Source: Squalus acanthias
Lineage: Eukaryota
NCBI GenBank assembly: GCA_030390025.1
Contig: CM059432.1
Location: forward strand, 119,910,001 to 119,974,000
Length of the DNA stretch: 64,000 nt
Reading direction: 5' to 3'
This document shows, one piece after another, positions 1-13,113 of the stretch. The position numbers and the translations under genes are program-made. Every line of letters starts with the position of its first letter. The first letter of the stretch is position 1. The notes beneath the pieces were generated by a model that saw nothing but the letters and a program-made list of their open reading frames with translations, was not told the DNA's origin and made no database searches.

Positions 1-2460
1 CTTTCCAATCCTCAGGCACCTCCCCCGCATCTGGGAAAGATTGGAAAATTATGGCAAGCCCTTCCGCCATCTCCTCCCCCAATTCCCTTAGCAACCTGGG
101 ATGCAAGTCATCTGGAACAGGTGACTTGTCCACTGTAAGCATACACAGCCTTTCTAGTACAACCTGTCTATCAATTTTCACCCCTTCCATTGCTTCTACC
201 TTTTCCTCTGCTACCGATATTTTGTCAGCATCCACCTCCTTAGTAAACACAGATACAAAGTACTCATTGAGTATTTTAGCCTTGCCCTGCGCCTCTCAGC
301 ATATATCACCTTCTTTGTCTCTAATAGGCCCCAGCTCGCCTCTTACTACCCGTTTACTGTATACATGCCGGTAGAAGATTTTTGGGTTTCCTTTTATGTT
401 AACCGCCATTCTACTCTCATATTCTCTCTTTGCCAATTGTATTTTCATCTTCATATCCCCTCTCACCTTATTGTATTTGGTCTGATTCTCCCTTGAAGAA
501 TTCACCTGACATGCATCACACACCCTCTTTTTTTGTTTCATCATCTTCTCTATCTATCTCGTCATCCAAGGAGCCCTTGCTTTAGTTCCCTTACCCTTCC
601 CTCTTGTTGGAATGTACCTAGCCTGTACTTGGAACATCTGCTCCTTAAAGATCACCCATTGTTCCGTTACAGTTTTTCCTGTCATTCTTTGGTTCCATTT
701 TACCCTGGCTAGATTCTTTCGCATCCCATTGAAGTTAGCCCTATTCCAGTTTAGAAGTTCCACTTTAGATTGTTCCTTGCTCCTCTCCATTGCTAATCTA
801 AATGTTATGATACGATGATCACTCGTACCCAAGTGTTCTCCCACAGACACTTGGTCGACCTGGCCCACCTCATTCCCCAGCACCAGATCCAGCAATATCT
901 CCTTCCTAGTTGGGCCAAGAACATATTGGTCAAGAAAATTCTCCTGAACACATTTCAGTAATTCCTCCCCCTCCTTTCCCTTTACCCTAGCATTATCCCA
1001 ATCGATATTTGGGTAATTAAAGTCCCCCAATATCATCACTCTATAGCTCTTGCATATCTCTGCGATTTCCCTGCAGATTTGCTCCTCTAACTCGCTCTCA
1101 CTATTTGGAGGCCTATAGAATACCCCAAATAGCGTGATCATAACCTTTTTGCACCTCAACTCTAACCAAATGGATTCTGTCCTTGTTCCCTCAAGAACAT
1201 CCTTCCTTTCCAACACTACAATGTCTTCCTTAATCAGCACTGCCACCCCACCTCCCTTTTTTCCTTCCTTATCTTTTCTGAACACCTTGTACTCTTGAAT
1301 ATTAAGTGCCCAGTACTCACCGTTTTTAAGTCACGTTTCCGTTAGTGCCACAACATCATTTGCCACAAGGCTAATTGTGCTTGTAGCTCACCAACCTTAT
1401 TCACCACACTTTGTGCGTTTACGTACATGCATTCTAAACCCATTTTTGACTTTTTCGTAGTCTTTCTTAGTCTGCTCCTATCTAATATGGTATTACTACT
1501 GCCTCTAGTACTATCTTCTCTAGTACTATCCAGCACACTCACTCTTTTATGCACCTTATTCCTCTTTTCTACTCCTATATGCTGGTACGCATCCTCCTGC
1601 CAAGCTTGTTTAAACCCTCCCCAACAGCACTAGCAAACCTCCCCATGAGAATATTGGTCCCGGCTCTGTTGAGGTGTAACCCGTCCGGCTTGTACAAGTC
1701 CCACCTTCCCCAGAAACTGTCCCAATGCCTCATAAGCTAAAGCCCTCCCTCCCTGCACCATCTCTCCAGCCACGCATTCATCTGTTCTATCCTCCTATTC
1801 CTGTACTCACTAGTACGTGGCACCGGGAGTAATCTGGAGATTACTACCTTTGAGGTCCTGCTTTTTAATCTCTCCCCTAGCTCCCTAAATTCTGCCTGCA
1901 GGACCTCATCCCTCTTTCTACCTATATTGTTGGTACCAATATGGACAACGACCTCTGGCTGTTCACCCTCCCCTTTCAGAGTGTCCTGCAGCCGCTCAGT
2001 GACATCCTTGACCCTGGCACCAGGGAGGCAACATACCATCCTGGAGTCACGTCTATGGCTGCAGAAATACCTGTCTGCTCCCCTAACTATTGAATCCCCT
2101 ACCACTATTGCTCTTCCACTCTTTTTCCTCCCCCCTTGTGCAGCTGAGACACCCGTGGTGCTGTGGACTTGACTCTGGCTGCACTCCACAGAGGAACCAT
2201 TGCCCTCACCAGTACTCAGAACAGAATACTGGTTGGAGAGTGCGATGCACTCCAGGAACTGCTGCACTACCTGCCTGGTCCTCCTCTTCTGTCTGGCGGT
2301 CACCATTCCCTCTCTGCCTGCATACTCTTAAGCTGCGGGGTAACCACCTCTAGAAACGTGCTATCCACGTAACTCTCAGCCTCCCGGATGCACCGCAGTG
2401 ACTCCAGCCGCCACTCGAGCTCCGAACCCCGATGCTCGAGTTGCTGTAGCTGGCGACACT
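1..2460 (-). mobile_element. CR1 LINE, decayed: 5' part with ORF1 esterase, APE endonuclease and start of RT
   Basis: ORF 1737-2306 has SGNH-like motifs GDSIVRG, CLPGA and HIGTNNI typical of CR1 ORF1. ORF 554-1285 has APE endonuclease motifs GGGVA, YRPP, GDFNYP, LDLVL and SDH. Closely paralogous to 58670-59880. Confidence 0.9.
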
Positions 2461-3132
2461 TCCAGTATATTATAAAAACTGGAGACGTGTGTGATTTTCA
2501 GGCAGTAAAATCATACTGGGGTTTAGATGACAGTAAACTTCCTAAGTTTTGTTCTCATGGCTTATGATATCATTTAAAACCCTTAATAACATCACTGCCT
2601 GTAATTCCCTCCAGCTATCTGTTATAGTTCAGTTAATGTGTGGTGATAAGTAAGGTTTTAAAATGTCTATAAACCTATCACTTAGGTTTAGTTCTTATCT
2701 CTCATTACCTAAGGTAAGCAGAAATAAACCCACATTTATTTGCATTGAAATGCAAAGGATAAGGCTTTGACATAATTTTATGAGTTTGTGCTACCAATCG
2801 GGATTAAAGTTAATGGATAGAAAATCGTGGGTAGTGGGCCTGTAATCCCTATATGCACAGCCAGTGGACCAGGCTCATTGCCAGTAATATGAACTCAGAA
2901 AATTAGCACTTTTATTCTCTTAGCAAATTGGAACAAATCCCTGATATCGTTACAGTTTGGCTGCTCTGTTTAATGCTAGTCAGTATCACTTCTCTGCTCG
3001 TCTTCCTCTCCCTGGCTAGCTTAATGCGCTGCCCAACCCTGGCCCAGGGAATTTGAGTTTCCATGGGCTATTTTTTTTTTTTCACTGTGATTATTTCCAC
3101 GGTGTTCTGATCCCTCTGCGAATATGTCACAG

Positions 3133-3190
3133 TTTGGTACTGCGCATGCACACTCGATCTGGTTGCGCATGCGCAGTATCAAATGGTGAG
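3133..3190 (+). promoter_or_regulatory. Candidate NRF1-type promoter element (inverted pair of GCGCATGC sites)
   Basis: Perfect TGCGCATGCGCA at 3164-3175 and a second TGCGCATGC at 3141-3149, in non-repetitive CpG-containing sequence. Followed by ATG|GTGAG at 3183-3190. Confidence 0.4.
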
Positions 3191-3234
3191 GCGGCTGCAG
3201 CCTGCACTGGCACGCTTCCCTTGACTCCGTGCGG

Positions 3235-4245
3235 AGAAGGTCAGGAGATCGGATGGGGGGGAGAGGAGAAGAGAGGGGAATGAAGGGGAGTGGAGGGAGG
3301 AGAGGGGATCGAAGGAGGGAGAGGAGAGGGGATCAAAGAAGGGAGAGGGAGGAGAGGGGGAAGAGAGAGAGGGGATCAAAGGGGGGAGAGGAGAGAAGAG
3401 GGGATCGAAGGGGGCAGAAAACATAAGAATCAGGAGCAGGAGCAGGCCATATGGCCCCGCGAGCCTGCTCCGCCATTCAATAAGATCATGGCTGATCTTT
3501 GAACTCAACTCCAATTTCCCGCTTGATCCCACATACGTTGATTCCCCTAGACTTAAAAATCTACCTATCTCAGCCTTGAATATATTCAACAATTCAGCAT
3601 CCACAGCCCTTTGGGGTAGAGAAATCCAAAGATTCACAACCCTCTGATTGAAGAAATTCCTCCTCTTCTCAGTTGCAAATGGCCGACCACTTATCCTGAG
3701 ACTATGCCCCCTCATTCTAGACTCTCCAGCCAGGGAAAACAACCTTTTAGCATCTACCCTGTCAATCCCCCTCAGAATCTTATATCTTTCAATGAGATCA
3801 GGTCTCATTTTCTAAACTCCAGAGAGGGGATCGAAGGGGGCGGGAGGGGAGGGGTGGTGGGGGGTGGGGAGCTCGGAGATAGGGGAGCTCGGAGAGAGAG
3901 GAGCTCAGAGAGTGGGGATCTTGGAGACAGAGGAGCTCAGAGAGGGGAGAGAGGAGCTCAGAGAGAAAGGAGCTTGGAGAGAAAGGAGCTTGGAGAGGGT
4001 GGAACTCGGAGAGAGGGGAGCTTGGAGAGAGAGGAGCTCAGAGAGTGAAGATCTTGGAGAGGGAGGAGCTCAGAGAGGGAGAAGCTCGGAGAGAGACGAG
4101 CTTGCAGAGTGAGGAGGGGTGCTCTGAGAGGGGGGAGAAAGTCAGGAACACAGGGCAGGGGAGAACGTCAGGAGCTCGGGGGGGAGAAGGTCAGGAATTC
4201 GGGGGGAGAATGTCAGGAACTTGTTGGTGGGGGAGCACAGTGAGA
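3235..4245 (+). repeat. Purine-rich low-complexity/minisatellite (GGAGCTCGGAGAGAG-like units), interrupted by a CR1 fragment
   Basis: Visible GA-rich repeats at 3235-3415 and 3821-4245. Confidence 0.85.
3416..3822 (-). mobile_element. CR1 LINE 3' fragment
   Basis: Encodes the CR1 C-terminus (RGHSLRI...RRNFFNQRVVNLW) and the CR1 tail. AGAGGGGATCGAAGGGGGC occurs on both sides (possible TSD or repeat unit). Confidence 0.85.
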
Positions 4246-5600
4246 ACAGTAGGATTACATAGGATTACATAGGATATACAGCACAGAAACAGGACATTTG
4301 ACCCAACCAGTCCATGCAAGCATTTATGCTCCATTCAAGTCTCCTCCCGTCTTTCCTCATCTAACCCTATTAGCATAACCCTCTATTCCCTTCTTCCTCA
4401 TATGCTTATCTAGCTCCCCTTAAATGCATCTATACTATTTACCTCAAGTATTCCCTGTGGCAGCGAGTTCCACATTCTCACCACTCCCTGGGTAAAGAAG
4501 TTTTTTCTGAATTCCCTATTGGATTTCTTGGTGACTATCTTATATTGATGGCCTCTAGTTATGCTCTTCCCCACAAGTGGAAACATTCTCTCTGTATCTA
4601 TTCTATGAAAAAATTTCATAATTTTAAAGACCTCTATTAGGTCACTCCTCAGCCTTCTTTTTTCAAGAGAAAAGAGACCCAGCCTGTTCATCCTTTCCTG
4701 ATATGTATACCCTTGCATTTCTGATATCATCCTTGTAAATCTTCTCTGCATCCTCTCCAGTGCCTCTATATCCTTTTTATAATATCGTGACCAGAATTGT
4801 ACGTAGTACTCCAAGTGGGGTCTAACCAAGGTTGGATACAAGTTTAGCATAACTTCATTACTTTTCAATTTGATCCTTCTAGAAATAAATCCTAGTGCCT
4901 GGTTTGCTTTTTTGAATGGCCTTGTTAACCTGTGTCGCTACTTTTAATGATTTGTGTATTTGTACTCCGAGATACCTTTGCTCCTTTATCCCACCCAGAC
5001 TCGCACCCTCCAATAAGTGACCTCCCTATTCTTCCTACCAAAATGTAATACCTCACATTTATTTGTGTTGAATTTCATTTGCCAATTATATGCCCATCCT
5101 GCAAATTTATTAATGTCTTCCTGTAATTAGTTGCAGTCCTCCTCAGTATTGACTACCCCCCCAATTTGGTCGCATCCGCAAATTTCAAAATTGTGTTTTT
5201 GATTCAAAGTCTAAATCGTTAATATAAATTGTGAACAACAGTGGTCCCAGCACTGATCCTTGTGGAACACCACTACCCACCTTCTGCCACTGTGAATAGC
5301 TACCCTTTACCCCTACTCTCTGCTTTCCGTCTTGAAGCCAGCTAGCTATCCATTATGCTACTTGTCCCCTGACTCTTCATTATCTGACCTTATTCATTAG
5401 TCTATTATGTGGTAACTTATCAAAGGCCTTTTGAAAATCTAGATAAATTACATCTACTACATTACCCTTGTCTATCTCACTGTTAGCTCTTCAAAAATTC
5501 AATGATGTTGGTCAAGCAAGACTTTCCCTTTTGAAATCCATGCTGACTATTCATTATTATATTTTTGGCTTCTAGATGTTCTTCAATTTTCTCCTTTAGT

Positions 5601-7064
5601 TCCCATGTATTGAAGGGTAGCTAATGTAACCCCACTATTTAAAAAAGGTGGTAGAGAGAAAACGGCGAATTATAGACCGGTAAGCCTGACGTCGGTAGTG
5701 GGGAAAATGCTAGAGTCCATTATAAAAGATGTAATAGCAGAGCACTTGGAAAACAGTGACAGGATCGGACAAAGTCAACATGGATTTACAAAAGGTAAAT
5801 CATGCTTGACTAATCTACTGGAATTTTTGAGGATGTAACTGATAGAATAGATAAGGGAGAACCAGTGGATGTGGTGTATTTGGACTTTCAGAAGGCTTTC
5901 GATGAGGTCCCGCATAAGAGATTAGCATGCAAAGTTAAAGCACATGGGATTGGGGGTAAGGTACTGACTTGGATAGAGAACTGGTTGGCAGACAGGAAGC
6001 AAAGAGTTGGAATAAACGAGTCTTTTTCTGAGTGGCAGGCAGTGACTAGTCGGGTACCGCAGGGATCGGCGCTAGGACCCCAGTTATTCACAATATATAT
6101 TAATGATCTAGATGAGGGAACTAGATGTAATATCTCCAAGTTTGCAGATGACACAAAGCTGGGTGGGTGTGTGTGCTGTGAGGAGGATGCAGAGAAACTC
6201 CAGTATGATTTGGACAGATTGGGTGATTGGGCAGATGCATGGCAGATGCAGTACAATGTGGATAAATGCAAGGTTATCCACTTTGGTGGCAAAAACAGGA
6301 AGGCAGATTATTATCTGAACAGCAATAAATTGGGAAAAGGGGAAGTGCAATGAGACCTGGGTGTCCTTGTGCACCAGTCGCTGAAGGTAAGCATGCAGGT
6401 GCAGCAGGCGGTTAATAAGTATGTTGGCCTTCATAGCGAGAGGATTTGAGTACAGGAGCAAGGATGTCTTGCTGCAGTTGTACAGGGCCTTGGTGAGACC
6501 ACACATTGAGTATTGTGTGCAGTTTTGGTCGCCTTATCTGAGGAAGGATGTTCTTGCCATGGAGGGAGTGCAGCGAAGATTCACCAGACTGATACCTGGG
6601 ATGGCAGGAATGATGAATGAAGAGAGATTGGGTCGATTAGGCTTGTATTCGCTAGAGTTTAGAAGAATGAGAAGGGATCTCATTGAAACTTATAAAATTC
6701 TAACAGGTCTAGACAGACTAGATGCAGGAAGGATGTTCCCGATGACGGGGGAGTCCAGAACCAGGGGTCACAGTCTAAGGATAAGGGGTAAGCCATTTAG
6801 GACTGAGATGAGGAGGAATTTCTTCACCCAGCAAATGGTGAACCTGTGGAATTCTCTACCACAGAAGGCAGTTGAGGCCAATTCATTGAATATATTCAAG
6901 AAGGAGTTAAATATATTTCTTCAGGCTAAAGGGATCAAGGGATATGGGGAGAAAGCAGGGACAGGGTACTGAATTTGGATGATCAGCCATGATCTCATTA
7001 AATGGCGGAACAGGCTCGAGGGGCCAAATGGTCTACTCCTGCTCCTATCTTCTATGTTTCTATG
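5601..7064 (+). mobile_element. CR1 LINE, 5'-truncated, nested
   Basis: RT motifs YLDFQKAFD, VPQGS and FADDTK; tail TTCTATGTTTCTATG. TSD TTTAGT at 5595-5600 and 7065-7070. Confidence 0.92.
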
Positions 7065-8178
7065 TTTAGTAGGATTCCATAATTTTTACTACCACTGATG
7101 TTAAGCTGACTGGTCTATTGTTCCCTGGACATGTTCTATCTCCCTTCTTAAATATAGGTTTTATGTTAGCTATCCACCAGTCCTCTGGCACTACACCTTT
7201 TTCTAACGAATTATTAAGTATGTGTAGTAATATCTCTACTATCTCTTCCTTAGATTCTTTTAAAATGTGCAGATGTAATCCATCCGGACCAGGGGTTTTA
7301 TCCTCTTTGAGTTTGATTAATTTATTTAATATATCTCCTCTTTTTATTTTAATGCAGTTATTTCATTACTAATCTCATCATCCAATGTCATGTCCACCTG
7401 TTCTATCTCCCTAGTAAATACTGAAGTAAAAAATAATTTAATATTTCTGCCATCTCTCTATCACTGCCTGCGGTATTATCTTATCCATCCCTTAATGGCC
7501 CTATTCCCATCCTGACCTTCCTTTTTTTATTGATGTGCCTGCAAATTATTTTACTACTTTGTTTTATGTTCCTTGATAATTTAATTTCATAGTTCTTCTT
7601 TGCGTCCATAATTGCTTTTTTGACTTCTCTCCTAATCTCTTTGTATTTTCCCTTATCATTCTGTCTCCTGCTGACCATGTACTTAATGTATGCCTCCTTC
7701 CTTACCCTCAATTTTACACTTATGGCTTTATTCATTCATGTTTAGCATTCATTAGTGTTTAGCTTGTTCTTGTTTTTTTAGCAGAATATATCTTTCCTGG
7801 ATTCTGTTGAACACCATTTTAAATGTTTCCCACTGCTGTTCTACATCATTGTTTGCCAATATTTTTGTCCATTTTATTTTCTCAAGTTCTATACTCAGCC
7901 CCTCAAAATCAGCCTTTCTCCAATCTATTACCCTGGTCTTCGTCACACTCACGTCCTTCTCAATTATTATTTTAAAGCGTATTATATTATGGTCACTATT
8001 GCCTAGATGTTCCCCTACTTTTAATGAACTTATCTGCTCTGGTTCATTCCCCATTACTAGATCCAATAGTGAATCCTCCCTTATTCGGCATTTTACATAT
8101 TGGGTTAGAAAGGAGTCCTGTACACATTGTAGGAACTTCATTCCCTTATCCTCTTTGCCTACTTCTTCTATCCAATTA

Positions 8179-10636
8179 CATAAGAACATAAGAACATAAG
8201 AAATAGGAGCAGGAGTAGGCCAATTGGTCCCTCGAGACTGCTCCGCCATTCAATAAGATCATGGCTGATCTGATCCTAACTGCCAATCTACTATCACAGA
8301 ACCATCTCCTGAACCTAACAGAATTGGACACACAAAATAGGAGCAGGATCAGGCTACATGGCCCCCGGGCCCGTTACGCTACCCACAGGGCCATGACCGA
8401 TCCGAACCTAGACTCATGTCCAAATTCCTGCCCGCTCCCCGTAACCCTTAATTCCCTTTACTTCTAGGAAACTGTCTATTTCTGTTTTAAATTTATGTAA
8501 TGATGTAGCTTCTACAGATTTTTGGGGCAGCATATTCCATGGACCTACCACCCTCTGAGTGAAGTAGTTCCTTCTCATCTCAGTTTTGAAAGAGCAGCCC
8601 CTTATTCTAAGACTATGCCCCCTAGTTCTAGTTTCACCCATCATTGGGAACATCCTCCCTGCATCCACCCGATCCAACCCCTTCACAATCTTATATGTTT
8701 CAATAAGATCGCCTCTCATTCTTCTGAACTCCAATGAGTAGAGTCCCAATCTACCCAACCTCTCCTCATATGTCCATCCCCTCATCCCCGGGATTAACCG
8801 AGTGATCCTTCTTTGTACTGACTCGAGAGCAAGTATGTCTTTTCTTAAGTATGGACACCAAAACTGTATGCAGTATTCCAGGTGTGGTCTCACCAATACC
8901 TTGTACAACTGAAGCAATACCTCCCTATTTTTATATTCTATCCCCTTAGCAATGAAAGCCAACATTCCATTGGCCTTCTTAATCACTTGCTGCACCTGCA
9001 TACTAACTTTTTGAGTTTTGTGCACCAGGACCCCCAGATCCCTTTGTACTTCAGTACTTTCCAGTTTATTTCCATTTAGATAATAACTTGCTCTACTATT
9101 TTTCCTGCCAAAGTGCATAACCTCACACTTTCCAGTATTGTATTCCATCTGCCAAATCTCTGCCCACTTACTTAGCCTGTCTATGTCCCCTTGCAGATTT
9201 TTTATGTCCTCCTCACTCACTACTTTCCCTCCCATCTTAGTATCATCTGCAAACTTTGATATGTTACACTCGGTCCCCTCCTCCAAATTGTTAATATAGA
9301 TTGTAAAGATTTGGGGACCCAGCACTGACCCCTGCGGAACACCACTTGTTACTGATTGCCAATCTGAGACTGAACCATTTATCCCAACTCTCTGCCTTCT
9401 GTTAGATAGCCAATCCTCTATCCATGCCAGAATATTACCCCCAATCCCGTGATTTTTTATCTTAAGCAATAATCTTTTGTGTGGCACCTTGTCAAATGCC
9501 TTTTGGAAGTCTAAATACACCACATCTACTGGTTCCCCTTTACCCACCCTATGTGTTACTTCCTCAAAGAACTCCAGCAAATTTGTCAAACATGACTTCC
9601 CCTTCATAAAACCATGCTGACTTTGTCCTATTAAATTACGATTATCCAAATGTACCGTTACTGTCTCCTTAATAATGGACTCCAAAATTTTACCTACCAC
9701 AGATGTTAGGCTAACTGGTCTATAGTTTCCAGCCTTCTGTCTACTGCCCTTTTTAAATAAGGGTGTTACATTAGCAGTTTTCCAGTCTGCCGGGATCTTT
9801 GCTGATTCCAGGGAGTTTTGGAAAATTATTACCAATGCATCCACAATCCCTACCGCCACTTCCCTCAAGACCCTAGGATGTAAGCCATCAGGTCCAGGTG
9901 ATTTATCCGCCTTGAGTCCCATTATTTTACCGAGTACCACTTCCTTAGTGATTTTGATTGTGTTTAGCTCCTCCCCCACTATAGCCCCCTGTTTGTCCAG
10001 TGTTGGGATAGGCTTAGTGTCCTCTACTGTAAAGACTGATACAAAATATTCATTCAGTGTATTTGCCATCTCCATATTTCCAACCATTAATTTCCCGGTC
10101 TCATCCTCTAAGGGACCAACATTTACTTTAGCCACCCTTTTTCTTTTTATATAACTATAAAAACTCTTACGATCTGTTTTTATATTTTTTGCAAAATTAC
10201 TTTCATAATCTATCTTCCCTTTCTTAATCAATCTTTTTGTTATTTTTTGCTGTCTTTTAAAGTTTTCCCAATCCTCTATCCTCCCACTAGATTTGGCTAC
10301 CTTATAACCCTTGTTTTTAGTCGAATACTATCCTTAATTTCTTTACTTAGCCACGGATGACTGTCTTTTCTTTTTCACCCTTTTCTTCTCAGTGGAATAT
10401 ATTTTTTTTGGAAGTTGTAAAATAACTCCTTAAATGTACACCACTGATCATGTATCGTTTTACCCTTTAATCTATTTTCCCAATCCACTCTACTAAATTC
10501 TGCTCGCATACCTTCATAGTCTCCTTTATTCAAGCTTAGCACGCTTGTTTGAGATCCAACCTTCTCACCCTCTAATTGAATATGGAATTCATGGTCACTC
10601 ATTCCAAGGGGATCCTTTACTAGGAAATTTTTAATT
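8179..10636 (-). mobile_element. Young CR1 LINE, 5'-truncated, nested
   Basis: (CATAAGAA)n tail at 8179 and an uninterrupted 605-aa RT ORF. TSD AATTA at 8174-8178 and about 10637-10641. Confidence 0.92.
8414..10231 (-). CDS. CR1 ORF2 reverse transcriptase domain (partial, open)
   Basis: Motifs [48 protein letters not shown] and VRPHLEY. Confidence 0.88.
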   Translation of the reverse strand: MIKKGKIDYESNFAKNIKTDRKSFYSYIKRKRVAKVNVGPLEDETGKLMVGNMEMANTLNEYFVSVFTVEDTKPIPTLDKQGAIVGEELNTIKITKEVVLGKIMGLKADKSPGPDGLHPRVLREVAVGIVDALVIIFQNSLESAKIPADWKTANVTPLFKKGSRQKAGNYRPVSLTSVVGKILESIIKETVTVHLDNRNLIGQSQHGFMKGKSCLTNLLEFFEEVTHRVGKGEPVDVVYLDFQKAFDKVPHKRLLLKIKNHGIGGNILAWIEDWLSNRRQRVGINGSVSDWQSVTSGVPQGSVLGPQIFTIYINNLEEGTECNISKFADDTKMGGKVVSEEDIKNLQGDIDRLSKWAEIWQMEYNTGKCEVMHFGRKNSRASYYLNGNKLESTEVQRDLGVLVHKTQKVSMQVQQVIKKANGMLAFIAKGIEYKNREVLLQLYKVLVRPHLEYCIQFWCPYLRKDILALESVQRRITRLIPGMRGWTYEERLGRLGLYSLEFRRMRGDLIETYKIVKGLDRVDAGRMFPMMGETRTRGHSLRIRGCSFKTEMRRNYFTQRVVGPWNMLPQKSVEATSLHKFKTEIDSFLEVKGIKGYGERAGIWT

Positions 10637-11064
10637 AATTAATATTGGAGTAGTTGAAATCCTCATGATTATTATTCTATGTTTTTTACTCAATACCCTA
10701 ATTTGTTTGCAGGAGGCGGAAGAACATAATCCAGGTCTAAAGGGCGTGGGGCTGGTGTGGGGTGGTGGGGGCGGGGGGGGGGCTGATGAAAGCAAGAACT
10801 TGATCCAGATGGGAAGATGGATCATGTTCTCCTGCCCTTTGTTAGACCTGGATCACATTCTTCCACCCCCACCCTCTTTACACCTGCACCACGTTCTCCC
10901 TCTCCTCCCACACACAACCCCCCGCAACAGACTGCAGCGGTTCAAAAAGGCAGCTTACAACCACCCCCTCAAGAGCAACTAGGGATGGGCAATAAATTAT
11001 TGAGTTTTTAAAAAATGAGAGCATATTCTGAGTTGGTCCTACTAACATGCATAACATTACATCT

Positions 11065-11235
11065 ATGTGTTATTTGCCAGACTCGACTATTCCAATGTTC
11101 TCCTGGCCAGCCTCCCATCTTCCACCCTCAATGAACTTGAGCTCATCCAAAACGCTGCTGCCCATATCCTAACACGCAGCAAGTCCATTCACCCATCACA
11201 CCTGTGCTCATTGACCTACACTGGCTCATGGTCCA
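11065..11235 (+). mobile_element. L2 LINE fragment
   Basis: RLDYSNVLLASLP...LIQNAAA, typical of the L2 ORF2 C-terminal region. Confidence 0.7.
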
Positions 11236-11608
11236 TAAACAATGTTCCCGCTAAGCCACACAGACCGCCTATCGCTTTTGAATGGGAGACTTTGCGCATG
11301 CATGAAATTTGAATGGGCCATGCCGCACGTTAAAGAGACTGCACACCCAAAAATGAGGGATAACATTGTCCACCAACACCTTGGGGAAAAAATCAGTACC
11401 TTAGCGTCTCCCATTAGCGCCAGCAGATGGATTGTGACGTCAGTGAGTGTGCAACATTCACTGGTGGCCCGATCTGTGAAATTGATTGTTGCCACCTACC
11501 TTAGGACCTGGAGGAAACAGCGACAGGGAGAACTGGCATGAAGCAACAGGAAGCCGGCTCCAGGGATGTTTCAAGGGATAATCAGTAATGAGTCGCAGCT
11601 GTAGGTTA

Positions 11609-12311
11609 CATAAGAACATAAGAACATAAGAAATAGGAGCAGGAGTAGGCCAATCGGCCCCTCGAGCCTGCTCCGCCATTCAATAAGATCATGGCTGATC
11701 TGATCCTAACCGCCAATCTACTATCTATCACAGAACCATCTCCTGCATCTAACAGAATTGCACACACGAAATAGGAGCAGAATCAGGCTACACAGTCCCT
11801 GGGCCCGCTCCACTACCCACAGGGCCATGACCGATCCGAACCTAGACTCATGTCCAAATTCCTGCCCGCTCCCCGTAACCCTTAATGCCCTTTACTTCTA
11901 GGAAACTGTCTATTTCTGTTTTAAATTTAATTAATGTTGTAGCTTCTACAGCTTCTTGTGGCAGCATATTCCATGGACCTACCACCCTCTGAGTGAAGTA
12001 GTTCCTCCTCATCTCAGTTTTGAAAGAGCAGCCCCTTATTCTAAGACTATGTCCCCTAGTTCTCGTCTCACCCGTCATCGGGAACATCCTCCCCGCATCC
12101 ACCCGATCCAACCCCTTCACAATCTTATATGTTTCAATAAGATCGCCTCTCATTCTTCTGAACTCCAATGAGTAGAGTCCCAATCTACCCAACCTCTCCT
12201 CATATGACCACCCCCTCATCCCCGGGATTAACCGAATGAACCTTTTTTGCACTGCCTCGAGAGCAAGGATGTCTTTCCTTAAGTAAGGACACCAAAACTG
12301 TATGCAGTTAA
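11609..12311 (-). mobile_element. CR1 3' fragment (same subfamily as 8179-10636)
   Basis: Near-identical to 8179-8875. TSD GTTA at 11605-11608 and 12312-12315. Confidence 0.9.
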
Positions 12312-12479
12312 GTTAGTGGAGTTTCATTGCTTTCTTGTCAGTTTCACATAGTTCAACAGTGCCATTCCAACATTTCAATGCTATCTAGTATCAGGAGTGT
12401 TGTGGCAAGTAAAAAGTAGCTACATTTATTCTTAAAAAAATCAAACCGCTACACTTGGTAACATTATTGGGGGATGTTC

Positions 12480-13113
12480 TGGCAGTCGACCTCGTCCTGC
12501 AGGATCTACGGCACTGGAACATGTGGCCAGAGGGAGGAGGAAGGCCATCAGGGCTCTCAACAGGAGCCTTACCCTCCGAGGGTATTCTGAGACCATTTTT
12601 CCTACCTTAAATTAAGAGAGGAACAGTGTATTAGAAGGCTCTGATTCACAAAGGAGGTGGTCACAGAAATCTACCATCTCCTGCAATCAGGCCTCCAGCC
12701 TCAGATCAGGGTGACCATGGCTCTCTCAGTGGCAGTGAAAGTCACCGTCAGCCTCAATTTCTTTGCCAGTGGATCCTTCCAGTCTGCAACAGGAAACATA
12801 GCTAACATCTCGCAGTTCGCCATCCATTGATGAAACCGGGAGGTCAAAGAGGCACTCTACAGTAGGAGAAGGGACTACATTTCCTTCCCCATCATCAGGA
12901 CAAGCGTGCATGTGGCTTTGCCAGGAAAGCAGGATTCCCCATGGTGCAGGGCGCCATTGACTGCACCCACATGGTTTTGCAGGCACCTCATAACAATCCT
13001 GACATCTTCTGGAATCGCAAAGGCTACCACTCACTTAATGTGCGACCACAGACATGCGAATCTTCAACGTGAATGGCCGCTATCCTGGCAGCAGCCACGA
13101 TGCCTTCATCCTG
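12480..13113 (+). pseudogene. Harbinger DDE transposase, 5' half, decayed
   Basis: Read across frameshifts: [39 protein letters not shown] and YPGSSHDAFILR. Homologous to 20242-20802 on the minus strand. Confidence 0.8.

Larger units (their letters stand above)
4250..10715 (-). mobile_element. Old CR1 LINE (host of two nested CR1 insertions)
   Basis: Tail at about 4250 and C-terminal ORF 4410-4868 (VRPHLEY). Continues at 7065-8178 (EN/linker ORFs 7481-7735, 7752-8249) and at 10637-10715 (DFNYSNINW region). Confidence 0.85.

Noticed and set aside
3229..4272. Arg/Glu/Gly-rich ORFs
   Set aside because: Artefacts of the GA-rich minisatellite.
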